A stretch of 62,645 bases of DNA, filler included, from Rhabdomonas costata (lineage: Eukaryota): NCBI GenBank assembly GCA_019059605.1. It is 35 parts of 35 records of this genome, joined end to end, with 100 filler letters (N's around TTAATTAATTAA, not from the genome) between each part and the next. Parts side by side here need not be neighbours in the genome. Positions count along the whole stretch, not along the records: positions 1 to 1,694 come from JAHMHO010010556.1; positions 1,795 to 3,488 come from JAHMHO010010557.1; positions 3,589 to 5,282 come from JAHMHO010010558.1; positions 5,383 to 7,076 come from JAHMHO010010559.1; positions 7,177 to 8,870 come from JAHMHO010010560.1; positions 8,971 to 10,663 come from JAHMHO010010561.1; positions 10,764 to 12,458 come from JAHMHO010010562.1; 28 more parts are not named here. One strand, given 5' to 3'. How positions within the stretch are numbered: position 1 is the stretch's first letter; each line of letters begins with the position of its first letter. The notes beneath the pieces were generated by a model. It was not told the DNA's origin. It worked only from the letters and a program-made list of their open reading frames with translations, and did no database searches. Made by a program: the position numbers and the translations under genes. Of the stretch, positions 1 to 12,186 are shown piece by piece.

Positions 1-453
1 TGTTCTTGGCCAATCGCGCAGCTTTTGAATTTATTAGAATCTTTTCTTTTCCGTGTGGATTCACCTTTTAGTAGACTTTTCAGTGCGTGCATCATCAGTT
101 TCTCACTTCGTGGCGTTAGCAGTGCCAAAGGTTCATCACTAACTCACTAAATCACTAAAATTCATGTTTGCTCCAACCCAAGCGACGTCTTGCGTTGCTT
201 TGTGTGTCCCCAGACGATCCCAAGACGAAAAATATCAAGTTCCCCCATTAAAGCGTTAGTGTCCGCTGAAATGTCAAGGTCGTACGAAGCTTTTCTGCTA
301 TCGGTGTGCTGTGAAGTCAATACTACACAAAAAAGTTCAATGCACCGTTCTTAAGCCAGTTTCCAGCCAGTTCCCCCTTTGCTTGTCACACCAGGTATGC
401 TCGCTCCTTGCTCCCTGGCTCGGATGTTCTCTCCTATGCCACCCTCTCAAAAG

Positions 454-1619
454 GCCTCAGCCAGGATCGCGTGGTGTGGATCCACGGCGACGCCATGGAG
501 CTAGCCAAGCTTGTCCCCAATGTGGTGGACATGGTCTTCTTGGCGAACACTTTTCATGGGATCCCGGAGAAGGCCAGGCTCATCGCCGCTTTGGCGACCG
601 TGTTGAGGCCCGGGGGCCGCAATCTTTTACTCTTGGGTTTCGAGGGACGGATGCGCCTCCACTCATTTGCAGAATTTCTTGAGCACAGCTCGGGGTAAGA
701 ATTCCCCGCCTGTGTTAAACCATAACATCATTTGTAGCTCGGTAGGCTTTTGACCCCCGGCAGGCCTCCCGGAAGTCGGGATGTGTTGTATTTCACAGTG
801 TACTGCTTTCAGACCATGCCTGGAAGTTATGGAGAACCTCTCATGCACATTTGGCAGTGTGTCGTCATCCCGTTGTCCGGCCTGAAATCGAGGGCTGGCT
901 GGGGGGCCACTACCCTATACCCTCTTGACCTTATGAGCAGGGTAGGCAATACCACTACATACCTCTACACCCGGAACCCCTCAAGGTCTCATGGCCTAAC
1001 TATCGGGCTCACGGGGCGGATCGGGCTGTTCAGTGGTGTTGGTGCGCAAGCTGTGCAAGCTAGGCAATTAGCTTGGGCCTGTATTTGGAGACTGCTTAGG
1101 AGACTGGAGGCTGTTGTTTGTATTTGTTTTCTTACTTATTTATTTGTCTTAATTATCTGTTTACGTACTTAGGTGTTTAGCATAGCCCTCTTCCACATGA
1201 CCGCATAGGTGTGAGGGAAAGGGGGTGTTCGTGTCGTGTGGATTTCCTCCGAGGCTCAATTCCTTTCGAACTTTTGGTTCAGCCATCACCCAGAGATCGC
1301 TGTTGGGTCCTCGCCTCAATGGTGTGGCACGACAACCGAAATATTTAATGTGGATCTAGTTCTTTTTTATGAGTGGAGGACGTACCCTTCATAAAGCCCG
1401 AGCCCATTCCGCTTCATTGTGGTAAACTGGCACCACATTCCCCGGGAAGAGACTGTAGTCCTGGGTGAGCCCAGCGGTCCCCCGACAGAAATGCGGATGT
1501 CCCCGAGGGAGACAGCTGAGGCGGTGGAGCCCCAGGGGTTTGCCTTGAGGAAGGTCATTGAACTACCACCGTACCACTACGCCTCGGTTTTCGAGAAGAA
1601 GCACAGCGTAGGTGCCTGA
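454..1619 (+). CDS. Class I SAM-dependent methyltransferase, last two exons (about 454-620 and 1413-1619), 5'-partial
   Basis: The joined translation GLSQDRVVWIHGDAMELAKLVPNVVDMVFLANTFHGIPEKARLIAALATVLRPGGR|FIVVNWHHIPREETVVLGEPSGPPTEMRMSPRETAEAVEPQGFALRKVIELPPYHYASVFEKK contains the post-motif-I GDA, the motif II D-x-V and the LRPGG motif. There is an AG acceptor at 452-453; the internal intron is non-canonical (see findings). Confidence 0.85.
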
Positions 1620-1694
1620 GGGCAGGCTGCGGCAGCGCTGAGCTGCGTGCTGGAGCTGCGGAGCTCTTTTTTCACCCCTTTTCACCCCCCCCCA

Positions 1695-1794
1695 NNNNNN
1701 NNNNNNNNNNNNNNNNNNNNNNNNNNNNNNNNNNNNNNTTAATTAATTAANNNNNNNNNNNNNNNNNNNNNNNNNNNNNNNNNNNNNNNNNNNN
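1695..1794. other. Artificial contig linker (N44-TTAATTAATTAA-N44), first of 34 in the window
   Basis: An identical 100-nt spacer with stop codons in all six frames starts at 1695, 3489, 5283, 7077, 8871, 10664, 12459, 14252, 16045, 17836, 19633, 21426, 23219, 25016, 26809, 28602, 30388, 32181, 33973, 35766, 37568, 39361, 41154, 42947, 44735, 46528, 48320, 50112, 51889, 53682, 55474, 57266, 59059 and 60851. The contigs between them are all about 1693 bp, consistent with a length-sorted concatenation. Confidence 0.99.
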
Positions 1795-4700
1795 TGGGTT
1801 TTGTGAAGCGAGACAGACGATGCCACAACGGGGGTACGTCCGAGATCCCTACTCCGTCGCAGGTATGCAAGTGAGTTGGCGAATGAGTGAGTGACTGAGT
1901 GAGAAGGTGTGAATCTCACTTCGCAGCCGTTGTTTGCACAGCAGAAATTGGACATTTTTTTAATCCTTCCTGAATGGGTTGTCGCCTGATGGAGACGCGT
2001 GACGTTTTGTCCCCCCCCCCCCGCAACCGATGGTGTGCCCTTATCTTTTGCATAGGCTTCAGGGACATCGATTCACCTCCCGACCCGATCATTGGAGCAG
2101 TGCAGCTTCGTTTGGCGGCTTCCGCTGATCACAGGTTGCGTTTCCCTTCGTTCCGGGTCAGGGATGTCTGAAGGGGTCGGGATGTGGGATGCTTATACCA
2201 CTGTTTTATTGCCAGTGCCATCTTAAAAGGGACAGTTGGAAAGTTGTATCAAAAAGCAACCATTAGGATTTGCGGGTGCGGGGGAGTGAAAAATTCGTGT
2301 CATGTCAGCACGGCTGCTGCCTGCGCATCGGAAGCTCCCATATTTAGGTTACCTTTTCTGGGGTATGCCGGCGTTTCCCAAGTGCTTGTGGCATAAGGTG
2401 TAGTTTTTGTTTTCTCACCTTTGCCTGGTCGCGGGCCACTTTTTTTCTGGGCCCCCCGCCCACCAACCGGACCAGGCTCTTCGTCGTTGCATTCCCCTTG
2501 CTCACACAAAACACTTTTTTCGCGGTTTGTGCAGTGAAATGCTGTCATGCGTTGCAGCGTTCCGCCGCGGGGCAACGTTGCCCGTCCCGCACGTCCGCCT
2601 GCCCTAGCGGTTGCCGCTGCCGCTACTTTGCCTGCCACGACGCCCTTTGTGCCATTGCCCGGGGTGGTGCTTCCGGTGGTGGTGTCGCTTCCGCCACCGT
2701 CGCCCCCCTCGCCGCAGCCACTGCCGCTTCCTTCGACGCCCAGCACCCCTGGGAGCTCGGCGGGCTCGGTGGGGCCTGCAGGGGAGGAGCCCTGGCCGTG
2801 CCCCCACAACCGAAGCTGGAAGCGCCTTCGGGTGAAGAAGGTGAGTTTGCCGTTTCCTCAGAGTTCTCTTTGATGAGCTTAGTTCCAGAACTTGTCCTTA
2901 TCCATCTGGTGGCACTGAAGGCATTCTGCTCCTTCGGCCAGTCGTTTTTTTGCCGCAGGGCAGGCGGACAAGTGTGGACTGCGTCGTATGCCTCACTCGG
3001 GACACAGCTCGAAGAGTGGTATTTAGTTCCCTTAGCTTTTTGGGTGGCCTCCTGAGCCTGACCCCCCAATCTCTCACCTTAGGGCCTGAGCCACTTCCTG
3101 TGCACGCATTGCGGGGCCAAGTGGAAGGGATCTCCGTACTTCCTGCAGTTCATGGGGCAGCACAGCGGGGCCGAAAATGGGGTGGTGACACCAACTGTGT
3201 GCCAAGTGTAAGGCCGAAGGCCTTCCAGAGGCCTCCCCTTCCCAGTGTTCCTTTCCCTTCATCTTCGTTGGATTTCGTTACATTCTTTTTTTTTTGCTTC
3301 TGTGCGCATCTGCCTCACTCCCGTTGCCTTCCGTGCCCCTTATCCACAGAGTGTGGGGGGTGGAGGCACGGGGTAGGGAGGTGCACGTTCAAAAAATGAT
3401 GCCCCCAATCCTTTTTCTGGTACAACTTTTGTATCGCTGTGCACGGTGGTTGCACTGAGTATGTACATTCGTTTCGAAAACACACCCCNNNNNNNNNNNN
3501 NNNNNNNNNNNNNNNNNNNNNNNNNNNNNNNNTTAATTAATTAANNNNNNNNNNNNNNNNNNNNNNNNNNNNNNNNNNNNNNNNNNNNTGTGGCAATGAT
3601 TGGCGGGGTCATTGATCTCGGCGAAGGAGATGGACGTGCTCACCTTGTACGAATCCCAAACAATCGAGTGGCCGTCTGGTCATGAAATCCCATCCCACCT
3701 CACGTGGCCATAGGATTTATGTACTACTTTTGAAGCGCTTTCCGAAATCTCGGCTGGGAGTGTTAACTTCATGCAATGGCACTTGCTTCAGAGAAGTGCG
3801 GCTGTCCCAAGTGTGCTCTAAATAGGCAAGGGTATTACCGATGGACTTGCTACACTCTTCGCTGATACTGAAGTATTACGCGTCAAAAACCACACAGACT
3901 TCGTGGTTGTTCAAGCGCCACTGCGGATCCACCTTACGCATGAGGAGCAGCTCTTCTAGGTTAATGGCATCTTCGAATGGTGCTCAAGTTGGAACTGGAA
4001 TCGATTGGCCTAGGAGTCGATGGAGGGTATGCACAAACTTTGGTCGCATGTGTGTGTACTGTTGCTGGCTCTTCTGCGGTGATGGCTACCCTGAGAGTGA
4101 CACTGATTTTTGCATCCCCGATTCCAAAGTAGCGGCTGCTGGATCATGAATTGTTGAATGTAGTTTAACTAACGTGAGTTCATTGCAGACAATGAACTGA
4201 AGGAGCTGAATGAGCGTCCTCCACATTGCGCGGTGTATCCGTTAAAACGATTGCTTCTTCCGCACCTGCCAACGGACCGATTGATGGTGGCGCGGAAACC
4301 ATCTCTGGTGAAAAAGAAGCGTGATCAGTCGGTTGTGTGAGAGGGGACCAAACATCCGTCCCGTTAAAGTGAGTGGTAGTTGATTGTACAGCAAATCTAA
4401 TAATGGTAGCAATGTTACGGCCAGTAAGGCAAAGTAGTCTTCAAAAGCGAAAAGGGTTCTGGGGTTTGAGACATCCTGCACCTGATGTGAAGTCGACAGC
4501 CAATGATGTTCGCTCAGTCCGACCCTCTCATAACTGCACGTAACCCATCATACTGCTGCTCCGCATCACTGGAGCATTTGCCCCAAGCGGATATTGTTTT
4601 ACAGATCCTCGTGATTCCATAGCATCCACTTCTTGGCGAAGTTGTGCTCAAGCCACTCGCGCACATAGGCCCAGTCATGGCGCCTGTAGTTGAAATCACT

Positions 4701-5563
4701 ATGATATATATCATATATCATAGTGATCATATATATATGATGCGGGTAATCTGCAGTACATGGCACAGTGCCTCATGGGTGCTCATGAACTTCCTGAATT
4801 CTGCATTTGTGGCAAATTATCCCTCCAAATAAATCCCGCGTACCATTGGCAGGCGGGAGTGTCAGCTCTGCAGGTTTCCTGATTGAGCCGACCTCTTGAT
4901 GGAATATGCCAGAATGTACCCCTTTTCAACACCTCGTTGTCCAAGGCAGACAAATGGAAAAGCGTCGAAAAAATACCGTTCCACGATGAGCTCGCGCCAC
5001 GGACAATAAAAATACAGAATCGTGAGATAAAGAAGTGTTTACCAGTATTTGAGCTTGAGCTCAAAAGTACATGTGCGCTGATAGCAGAGTGACTGTATTA
5101 GGCGCATCTGTTGGCTTTGAGGTTATGTATAACCAGAGAATTATTGGAGGACACAAAGAAGTAGGTAGATTATGTGCTGGAGTTCGATTTTGCGTACGAG
5201 TTGGTTGCACATTTCTATGACGCCTGCATAGTTCTTGCAAGCGGCGCAAGCAAACGCCAGTGGACTGTTCTCCCCACACCCCNNNNNNNNNNNNNNNNNN
5301 NNNNNNNNNNNNNNNNNNNNNNNNNNTTAATTAATTAANNNNNNNNNNNNNNNNNNNNNNNNNNNNNNNNNNNNNNNNNNNNTGTGGTTGGGGAATGGTT
5401 TTCAATACTGCATGGAGATACATGTCAAAACTAAGCTGAGGGAGCCCAACAAGGCACAAGTGTGCAAGCTTCGGTTTGACATGTATCTCCATGCAGTATT
5501 GAAAACCATTCCCCATCCTCAGCCGCTCGCTCCGGGGGGGGGGGCATGTCAAGAGGTGCACAC

Positions 5564-6737
5564 CTCCTCCCCCTTCTCGACCTCACTGAACAGTGTCCAG
5601 TCCACGAAGGTCTTGCCGTTAAGGCGAACCTTCAGCTTATCCCCATTCACGTCCACACCCAAGGTGCGAGCCGAGACCTTTCCTGAAACAACCCCGCCCA
5701 CTGTACGAAGGACGAAGGCCTAAAAACCAGCGCCGTGGATAATATGTGTGATCAAGTATTGCGCGCGTGCATCGCCTCCCTGTTCAGGTTGCAGTGTGTG
5801 CAACGAGAGTCCCGATTTTACGAAAAATAATTTTTCTTGAAAGAAAGGGTTTCGGATGGTGGTGGAAGGCCCAAAAACCCCGCAGCTGTGTAAATGCTTC
5901 CGCGGGTGCTGCGCTGTGCAGTGGCCCTGCGGGGTACATCAGAGGGAGGGGGGAAGTTTCTTTGCATCCCGCTTGATGCGCTTGAACCGTGAGCTTCCGT
6001 GGGGTTACGGTCGTATCTCACCTCCTCTTATCCCTCTTTCCTAATATTGTGAAGGTTGTTCACGCAAACTGAAGCCCAAATCTTTCTGTCCCCGAACAGG
6101 TTGTCGAACTTTTGACGGTGTGCTGCTTTTCCTGCTTGTTTACTTTTTGTGCTTTGTTCGCCCCTCTTAATCCAGAAAGTTGGCTCGGATGGGAAATCGG
6201 ATTGAACGTTTTCCAGCCTCGGAATCAACAAGGAATACCTGCAAAACACGGCAATCCATTCCATTCCCTTAAATGGAGGTGAGCCTGATCGAAACCTTTT
6301 GCGGCATCGCATATCAACCAGGTTGCATCGACAGCTAAAAAAACTTGTGAATTGTCGGACACGGGCACAAGGGCAATCGAGCCTTGGAGGAACCCCACCA
6401 CACACACTAGCCAAATCACGATCCCACGACCTTTCACAACAACTCAGGCCAGATGGGTCAAAGGCCATGATACGCCCGCCAGCACAGCACACCAACACTG
6501 ACAGTCTCCCATACGTACTGAAGTGCCCCATGGGAACGACATTCGACGCTGGAATAACCGGACTTCCCAACGATGGATGGGATAGGGGTGAGGGGTAAGG
6601 GGGTGACCTGCATCGGGTGGGAGGTGGAAGTGGAGGTTGAGGGTCTCCTCAGACTGGTCGTAGTCCCACGTCAGCTCGGACAGCGCCCGCTCGGCGTCCC
6701 GGTCCTTTGTGCCCTGCACGGGCTCCGGCGCGGGGGC
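5564..6737 (-). CDS. CS (p23/NudC-like, HSP20-fold) domain protein, internal exons 6737-6608 and 5682-5564
   Basis: An in-frame GT-AG join (phase 1) gives ...LTWDYDQSEETLNLHFHLPPDAG KVSARTLGVDVNGDKLKVRLNGKTFVDWTLFSEVEKGEE, matching the CS-domain pattern W-x-Q...V.V.LP...L.V...L..EV. Confidence 0.7.
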
Positions 6738-7334
6738 CTGGCCATACCCCACCCACGCACCCACCACCGCTCTTCTGTTGTGCTGTTGCACTTGGAACTG
6801 AATAGTGGCTGTCAATAAATTCCGATGAGATGACAATTCACGACAGACGGTGAATAGCAAATAATGGAGACATAAACTTTTCGAGAGCAAATGAGTTGTC
6901 GCGTAATATTTACGACTTCGGCTAGAGGAGGGCTAAGCCGAAGCAGGCCTGGGGTCTTTCGTGTATAAAGCAGGCCTTTGGCTAGAGCAAGTCGTAAAAA
7001 AAATCTTTCTCTCAGACTAGCATGCTTGAGGTGAGCTCCGATGGCCGACACTCTTCCCTTGGGTTACCACCCCCCCNNNNNNNNNNNNNNNNNNNNNNNN
7101 NNNNNNNNNNNNNNNNNNNNTTAATTAATTAANNNNNNNNNNNNNNNNNNNNNNNNNNNNNNNNNNNNNNNNNNNNGGTTGGGTACATGGTAAAGACTTC
7201 GTTCGGAATGTTACAGACTAATCTCTCAGTTTCCGGGTGGACCTAGCCTTATATCTAAGTGCTTTTTTGGGGGTCCGCAACCAAGACCTTTCTGGGCTCA
7301 TAGTGTGGTGATATTCTGAGGGAGGGCGGCACAC

Positions 7335-7695
7335 CCTTGGAGCTCAGCGCGAAGTCCATCTGCAGCTGCACCAGGCTCTTCCGCAAACGAATCGCGGAGA
7401 GCTGGTTGAAGTCGTACGGCCGCCACGATGGCCGCAAGGGGTACTGCAGCAGCAGGAGCTGATTCGCCGGAGCTTGGCTCAGGTACACATCAAACGTCGC
7501 CACCACCTCATCCGTAGTTCCGTCGACGTCCATTGCGGCGGGAGCAGAGGACGAGGACGAAGATGAGGATGATTCCGCAGAGGAAGAGGAGGCAGGGGCT
7601 GATTCAAAAGTGTTGGGGCCTGGGTCGGTTGCAGCACTGGTGGTTGCGAAGGAAGTGGAGGGAGGCTCCATAGCTACCTCTCCGTCGATGTCCAT
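7335..7695 (-). CDS. POLR3E: RNA polymerase III subunit RPC5 (POLR3E/Sin-like), first exon
   Basis: DEVVATFDVYLSQAPANQLLLLQYPLRPSWRPYD matches the RPC5 N-terminal D.VV.E.DVYL...L.L.QYP.RP motif. There is an S-rich leader, ATG at 7695 and a GT donor after 7335. Confidence 0.85.
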
Positions 7696-10600
7696 TCTAA
7701 ATGGACTCTTCACGGAATGGGAATCAAAAACCTTTCGCAAGAAAGCGGGAAAAAGCAAAGGCAGAGGGCAATCAATAACGGCAAAGCCAAGGGCCCAAAA
7801 TTTCTGCAGAAGAAAATCAAACGGGAATCAGGTGGGCTAGCGGCTGGGCGTGACAACATGAGAAAGGCAGAAGAAAGGTCTCCAACGTCAAGGCTGCAAG
7901 GACAGTAAGGAAATGTTGACAAAAGCTCCACTAACACGTCATGCAATTCCAGTACACTCAGAATTTATACTCCTCTGAAACTCGAACATGAAGGGGGAGA
8001 GACATTCGTCTCACCCTTGTAACACCCTTGGGGAAGCAGCTGCATTCCAAAATGGAATCGCAAACATGCCTTCCAGAACGAAGTGCGGTGAATGCTCGGG
8101 GAGAATCCCAATGAACATCCTCCTGAGGATCCGAGGGACACCCCTTGGCATTTATCATTTGCAGGGTGCGTTGCTCCACCTGCTGTCGTGCCTCCCGCTG
8201 TCCACTGCATCAACTGACCCCACCCCCCATCCCCTGCGTCTATACAAAGAAGTGTCCTGACTTGCTTTCACAACTGTCTTTACTTCTGTGCACAGAGTCT
8301 GTTTGGGCCACTCCCCAAGCGGCAGAAAACTACCCGCGCTTCAGCTTTCGGCTCCAAAGAAAAGCAGCATAGGGTTCCATACAGCAGAGGCTGCATCCAA
8401 ATGGATCCAAACCAACCGCCCTTCGTCCCACAGATCAAGGACTGCCGCGATCAAATCCGATCCGGATGTGAAACGCTCATTGACTCCGAGAAGTTCTGTT
8501 ACGAAGGTGACGGCGGCGGTGCAGCGGGTCGTGGCCTCCTTACAGAGCCATTACAGAGGTGGCTTAAGAAAAGCTCCGCCCACAGGTCCGCAACGAAGCC
8601 TGTGTAGTGGCCCCCGTCGGCCGCGGTGTGGGCCATGGGGTAGGAGCTTTGGTAAAGATCGATTATCTCCAGCCTGCGTGGGAAGCGGAATAGCAGAGAG
8701 CAAACCTCTCGTCCCCTTCCTCTTCTTCCTCACTGATACAGTGCCGGAAACCAGTCGTATCGTTATGGCTGTCGGTGTGAGGATCACACAGCTGGATTGG
8801 ATGCTGGTAGTGTTTTGGGGTAACTTTTCAAGGACAGCCAAACAAGCTGTGTGATCCTCACACCAACACCNNNNNNNNNNNNNNNNNNNNNNNNNNNNNN
8901 NNNNNNNNNNNNNNTTAATTAATTAANNNNNNNNNNNNNNNNNNNNNNNNNNNNNNNNNNNNNNNNNNNNTGTTGGTTGTGACGTGACCTTCATCCACTT
9001 GAAGGATTTCCACCAGCCTTTCCTCTTTTTTTCCTGGACCCTGGGCTCCTCACCCTCCTCGGGGAATGGGCACACACACAGAGACACACCTCCTGGAAAG
9101 GAAGGTGCAACAGAGGGGGGCCCTGCGGGCCCTCGGGCTCGGGCCTGTCCGACGTCGAGCCCTCGGTCGGGGAGGAGTCTGACATCGGCGAGGACCCACG
9201 GAGTGGGGGCCGGCCCCCTGTTAGGCATAGACCCATATCCAACTCAGACGCCGCTGCACTGAAGTCACGAAAAGCATCTGGAATGCTGGGCAACTGTCCA
9301 TGGCACCGGATGCACTGACTCGCACCGAAGTCCAGCGCATCACACACTGCGGGGCCGGGAACTCATTATCAGAGAGAGAGAGAGGCATTGGAAAATAGCA
9401 GTCCGATGCAATCAAGTACAATGCACCACAACGACGCATCATTGCTCCACTTTGCACGCCACCTCCTCTGCGCCTTCCTGGCCGCAAATACATGCTTAAC
9501 GTGTCATCGACGTCTTCTCTCCCGTACTGGAGACCTCCCAAAGACAACTACCAAGTCTGCATGCGACAGAAGCCAAAGTAGCTCAGATCATGCAAGAACC
9601 CGTCTGTCACACTGAGATTTGATGAAGGAATGGTTTTGTTGGTGTGAGATGCACGCAGTGCCACCACCACCGAGGCAGTGGTCCGCCACCCGAAGGAGGT
9701 AGAACCAGCAGCCGAGGTGGCAGAAAAATGGATGGGTGAAGTGAGAGCAGACCTCTTCTTGGGCGCCGATGCGCTGCCCGCCTGCGGGTATGCGGGGAGA
9801 AGTGCCTGCCGTCGGGGGGTACTCCATCCGGCTCGGCCTCTGAAGAGGTGCGCACCATGGGCACCCCCCGCAACACAAAGCTTCCAGCGGTGGTGGTGGA
9901 GGCACCCGTGCTGTCGGAGCGGTGGTAGCGCTGCATGGCCAGCGCGGAGAGGGAGGGCGCCCTGGGGGTTGTGGTGGAGTGCACGGAGCACTCCAGGGAG
10001 AGGGTGCTCATCAGAACGGTGGAGGCATCCAAGTCCTGCGCGGGTGACGCCCCACACGGCATGAGCGGAGTGAGCGGCACATTGTATCACCACCCTAAAA
10101 AAGTGCTGGTCCTTGCAAACCTTCAAACCCACCGCATACCATCAGTACGCCAGGTGAACGACCTTCTAAGGACTCTCGGAGCCCGGCTAGGACCCTTTTG
10201 CCATTTTGACCTCTCGGGAACGTAAAAACTGCCGAAAACCGCGAACTGCCTGAACGACCCACAAGATTTTTGAGCAGAATGTCCTGGGGCCCCAACAGCC
10301 CTTTGGGCATCGGCGTACGGTGCTCAACTGCCTCACTGGAATACTCCGTACACTCCTGGTCCTCCACCATTATTTTCTCCGGATTCGTACCAACTGGGTA
10401 CTTACAAAAGAACCTCACCATGTCCACTTCTTTTTTCATCCGAGACTTCTCAAACATGGAGGTTGACCTTTGCCACGACTCCTCCGCTGAGGGCACTTGA
10501 TATATCAACTTCTCAGTCGCTACCATCCCTACTTCCTCCTTGTCTTCTTCAGTGGTGGGCGCCATAATGACTGCCAGATGACCGGCGGTGGGGGTGGTGC

Positions 10601-11384
10601 TCTCCGGAAGGTCCATCGTGAGAAGCACGGGGTTAGGTGTGGTGGAGTCCCCAACCCACACCCNNNNNNNNNNNNNNNNNNNNNNNNNNNNNNNNNNNNN
10701 NNNNNNNTTAATTAATTAANNNNNNNNNNNNNNNNNNNNNNNNNNNNNNNNNNNNNNNNNNNNGGGGGGTGGTGACTTTCGGAAAAAACGCGGACAACCA
10801 GATCCTCACGTCAGGAGCACCCTGCTCCAGCCACGCCTGCACACGGGATTGAGTGCGGGAGGACAGGTGAGCGCTGCTGAGGTGGGGATCTGGTTGTCCG
10901 CGTTTTTTCCGAAAGTCACAACTGAAAACTCCAAATCAGACATTTTTCGGACTTAGAAGCGAAAGCGAAAAGGGGGTGGAGATAAATTGGCCATTATCTG
11001 GAGGTGGTTGTGCTTCCTTTCGGCCTGTTTTTTGTGTATCAAAAAGTACATCTTACTTTTGGGCCATATTTACCCACCATGGCTCGAATATCCCTGGTAT
11101 ACACCACCTGGGTTCTGGGTCAAGGTAACATTTGGTATTCGCTTCTCACCTGCTGTCAAATTAAGTGGCACTCGTCTCTTACAGCATGTCAAAGCAACGC
11201 ATTCCCATGTTCAGAGGTTGATCTGAAAACGCGAATCTCTCGAGCCAAGACTACCCCAGCCCAACCCCTACCCATTTCTGCTATATCTCAAGATGGAGCA
11301 ATTGCAGAGGGAATGGTCGATACAGGCAGCCCCGCGGAGAAAATGAAGTCCGCCACAAGGGTCACGGAAAGGGCACGAGGGACC

Positions 11385-12186
11385 ATTGTTTTGCTGAGAG
11401 GGTCGTCCTTCAGATGGACCATGCGAATATAGTTGTGGTAAAAGTCCCAGAAGAGCCGCGTCAGTACAAAACCCACCAGAACGTCCAAGCTGAGGGCGAG
11501 GAGACCGATGCAGGACAAGGATTTTATCTTAATAAGAGTTTTTTTTTGGGGGGGGGGTGCACCTGTCTTCTCCTTTCTCAGTTATTTTATGATAGCAAGT
11601 GTTGCGTTCGTACCAAAAAAAATACCTATCAAGTTTCTGCGTGCAAACGACGCCTATATCTTTGTATCTGAAAACAATATTACCGAAAGGACGTTAAGGA
11701 AGGATGCAACTCTATTGGTTTATTTGTTAACTTGCATTACTTGCGATACTTGTTTGCTTAAGCGTGACAGCTTTTTGTTTCTGGTTCCAGATTATCAGAT
11801 TATCCAAACAAACGTGTCCATGGCACTAGCACACCATTTCCTCACAAACAAGTACCCTTCTCCCGAGTGAAAAAAGTCGCAAAAACCTATAATGGAAGTG
11901 ACTGCACACGATCAGGGCAAAGCCCACCACCATCGCGGCCCAGGCCAGAAGCTTGGCCGTGGTGCACCGCTGCAGGCTCCCGTCGCGGGCCAGCAGCCCC
12001 TCAGGGGTGGCCAGCCACTCGCCGCAGACGCAGCCGGGGCATGCGGTGTACAAGGGGTCCGCCGAGGTCCACGGGTACACGTGCGAGTACGTGTACCACA
12101 CCAGCGTGACGAGGGTGAGATTCACGCTGTGCCCGCTGTACAGCACGTCGGCGCAAGTGACGTGCTGGCCCGTCAGAATCAGCCAC
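11385..12186 (-). CDS. Sphingomyelin synthase / inositol-phosphorylceramide synthase-like (PAP2_C), exons 12186-11887 and 11489-about 11385
   Basis: TCADVLYSGHS (D3-type motif) and HFHY|SLDVLVG (D4-type motif, reconstituted across a phase-2 GT-AG intron) supply the His-His-Asp triad, flanked by hydrophobic segments. The downstream exon end is uncertain. Confidence 0.85.

Noticed and set aside
1739-1750. TTAATTAATTAA recurring every ~1793 bp as a regularly spaced repeat or CRISPR-like array
   Set aside because: It is always embedded in N44 padding and is an artificial six-frame-stop linker. The periodicity reflects length-sorted contigs.
2300-3069. Overlapping Pro/Gly/Ala-rich ORFs on both strands
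   Set aside because: GC-rich low-complexity sequence. There may be one real exon ending at the AAG|GTGAGT donor (2840), but frame and product cannot be supported.
7953-7964. TTCTGAGTGT on the minus strand (also TCTGAGTGTC near 48271-48280) resembling the euglenid spliced leader
   Set aside because: Only about 10 nt match, with no following CTATTTTTTTTCG and no SL-RNA context. Compatible with chance.
8858-8982. C/A-rich contig ends and G/T-rich contig starts (e.g. CACACCAACACC / TGTTGGTTGTG) as telomeres or nanochromosome ends
   Set aside because: There is no fixed repeat unit. The tails are about 5-12 nt, random over two letters, and present on most contigs, including ones that break mid-gene. 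This fits untrimmed low-complexity tails from a single-strand tailing library preparation (inference).
9607-10661. Long minus-strand ORFs (157 and 188 aa) as named genes
   Set aside because: Probably exons of a low-complexity protein, but there is no recognisable motif, so no product can be assigned.
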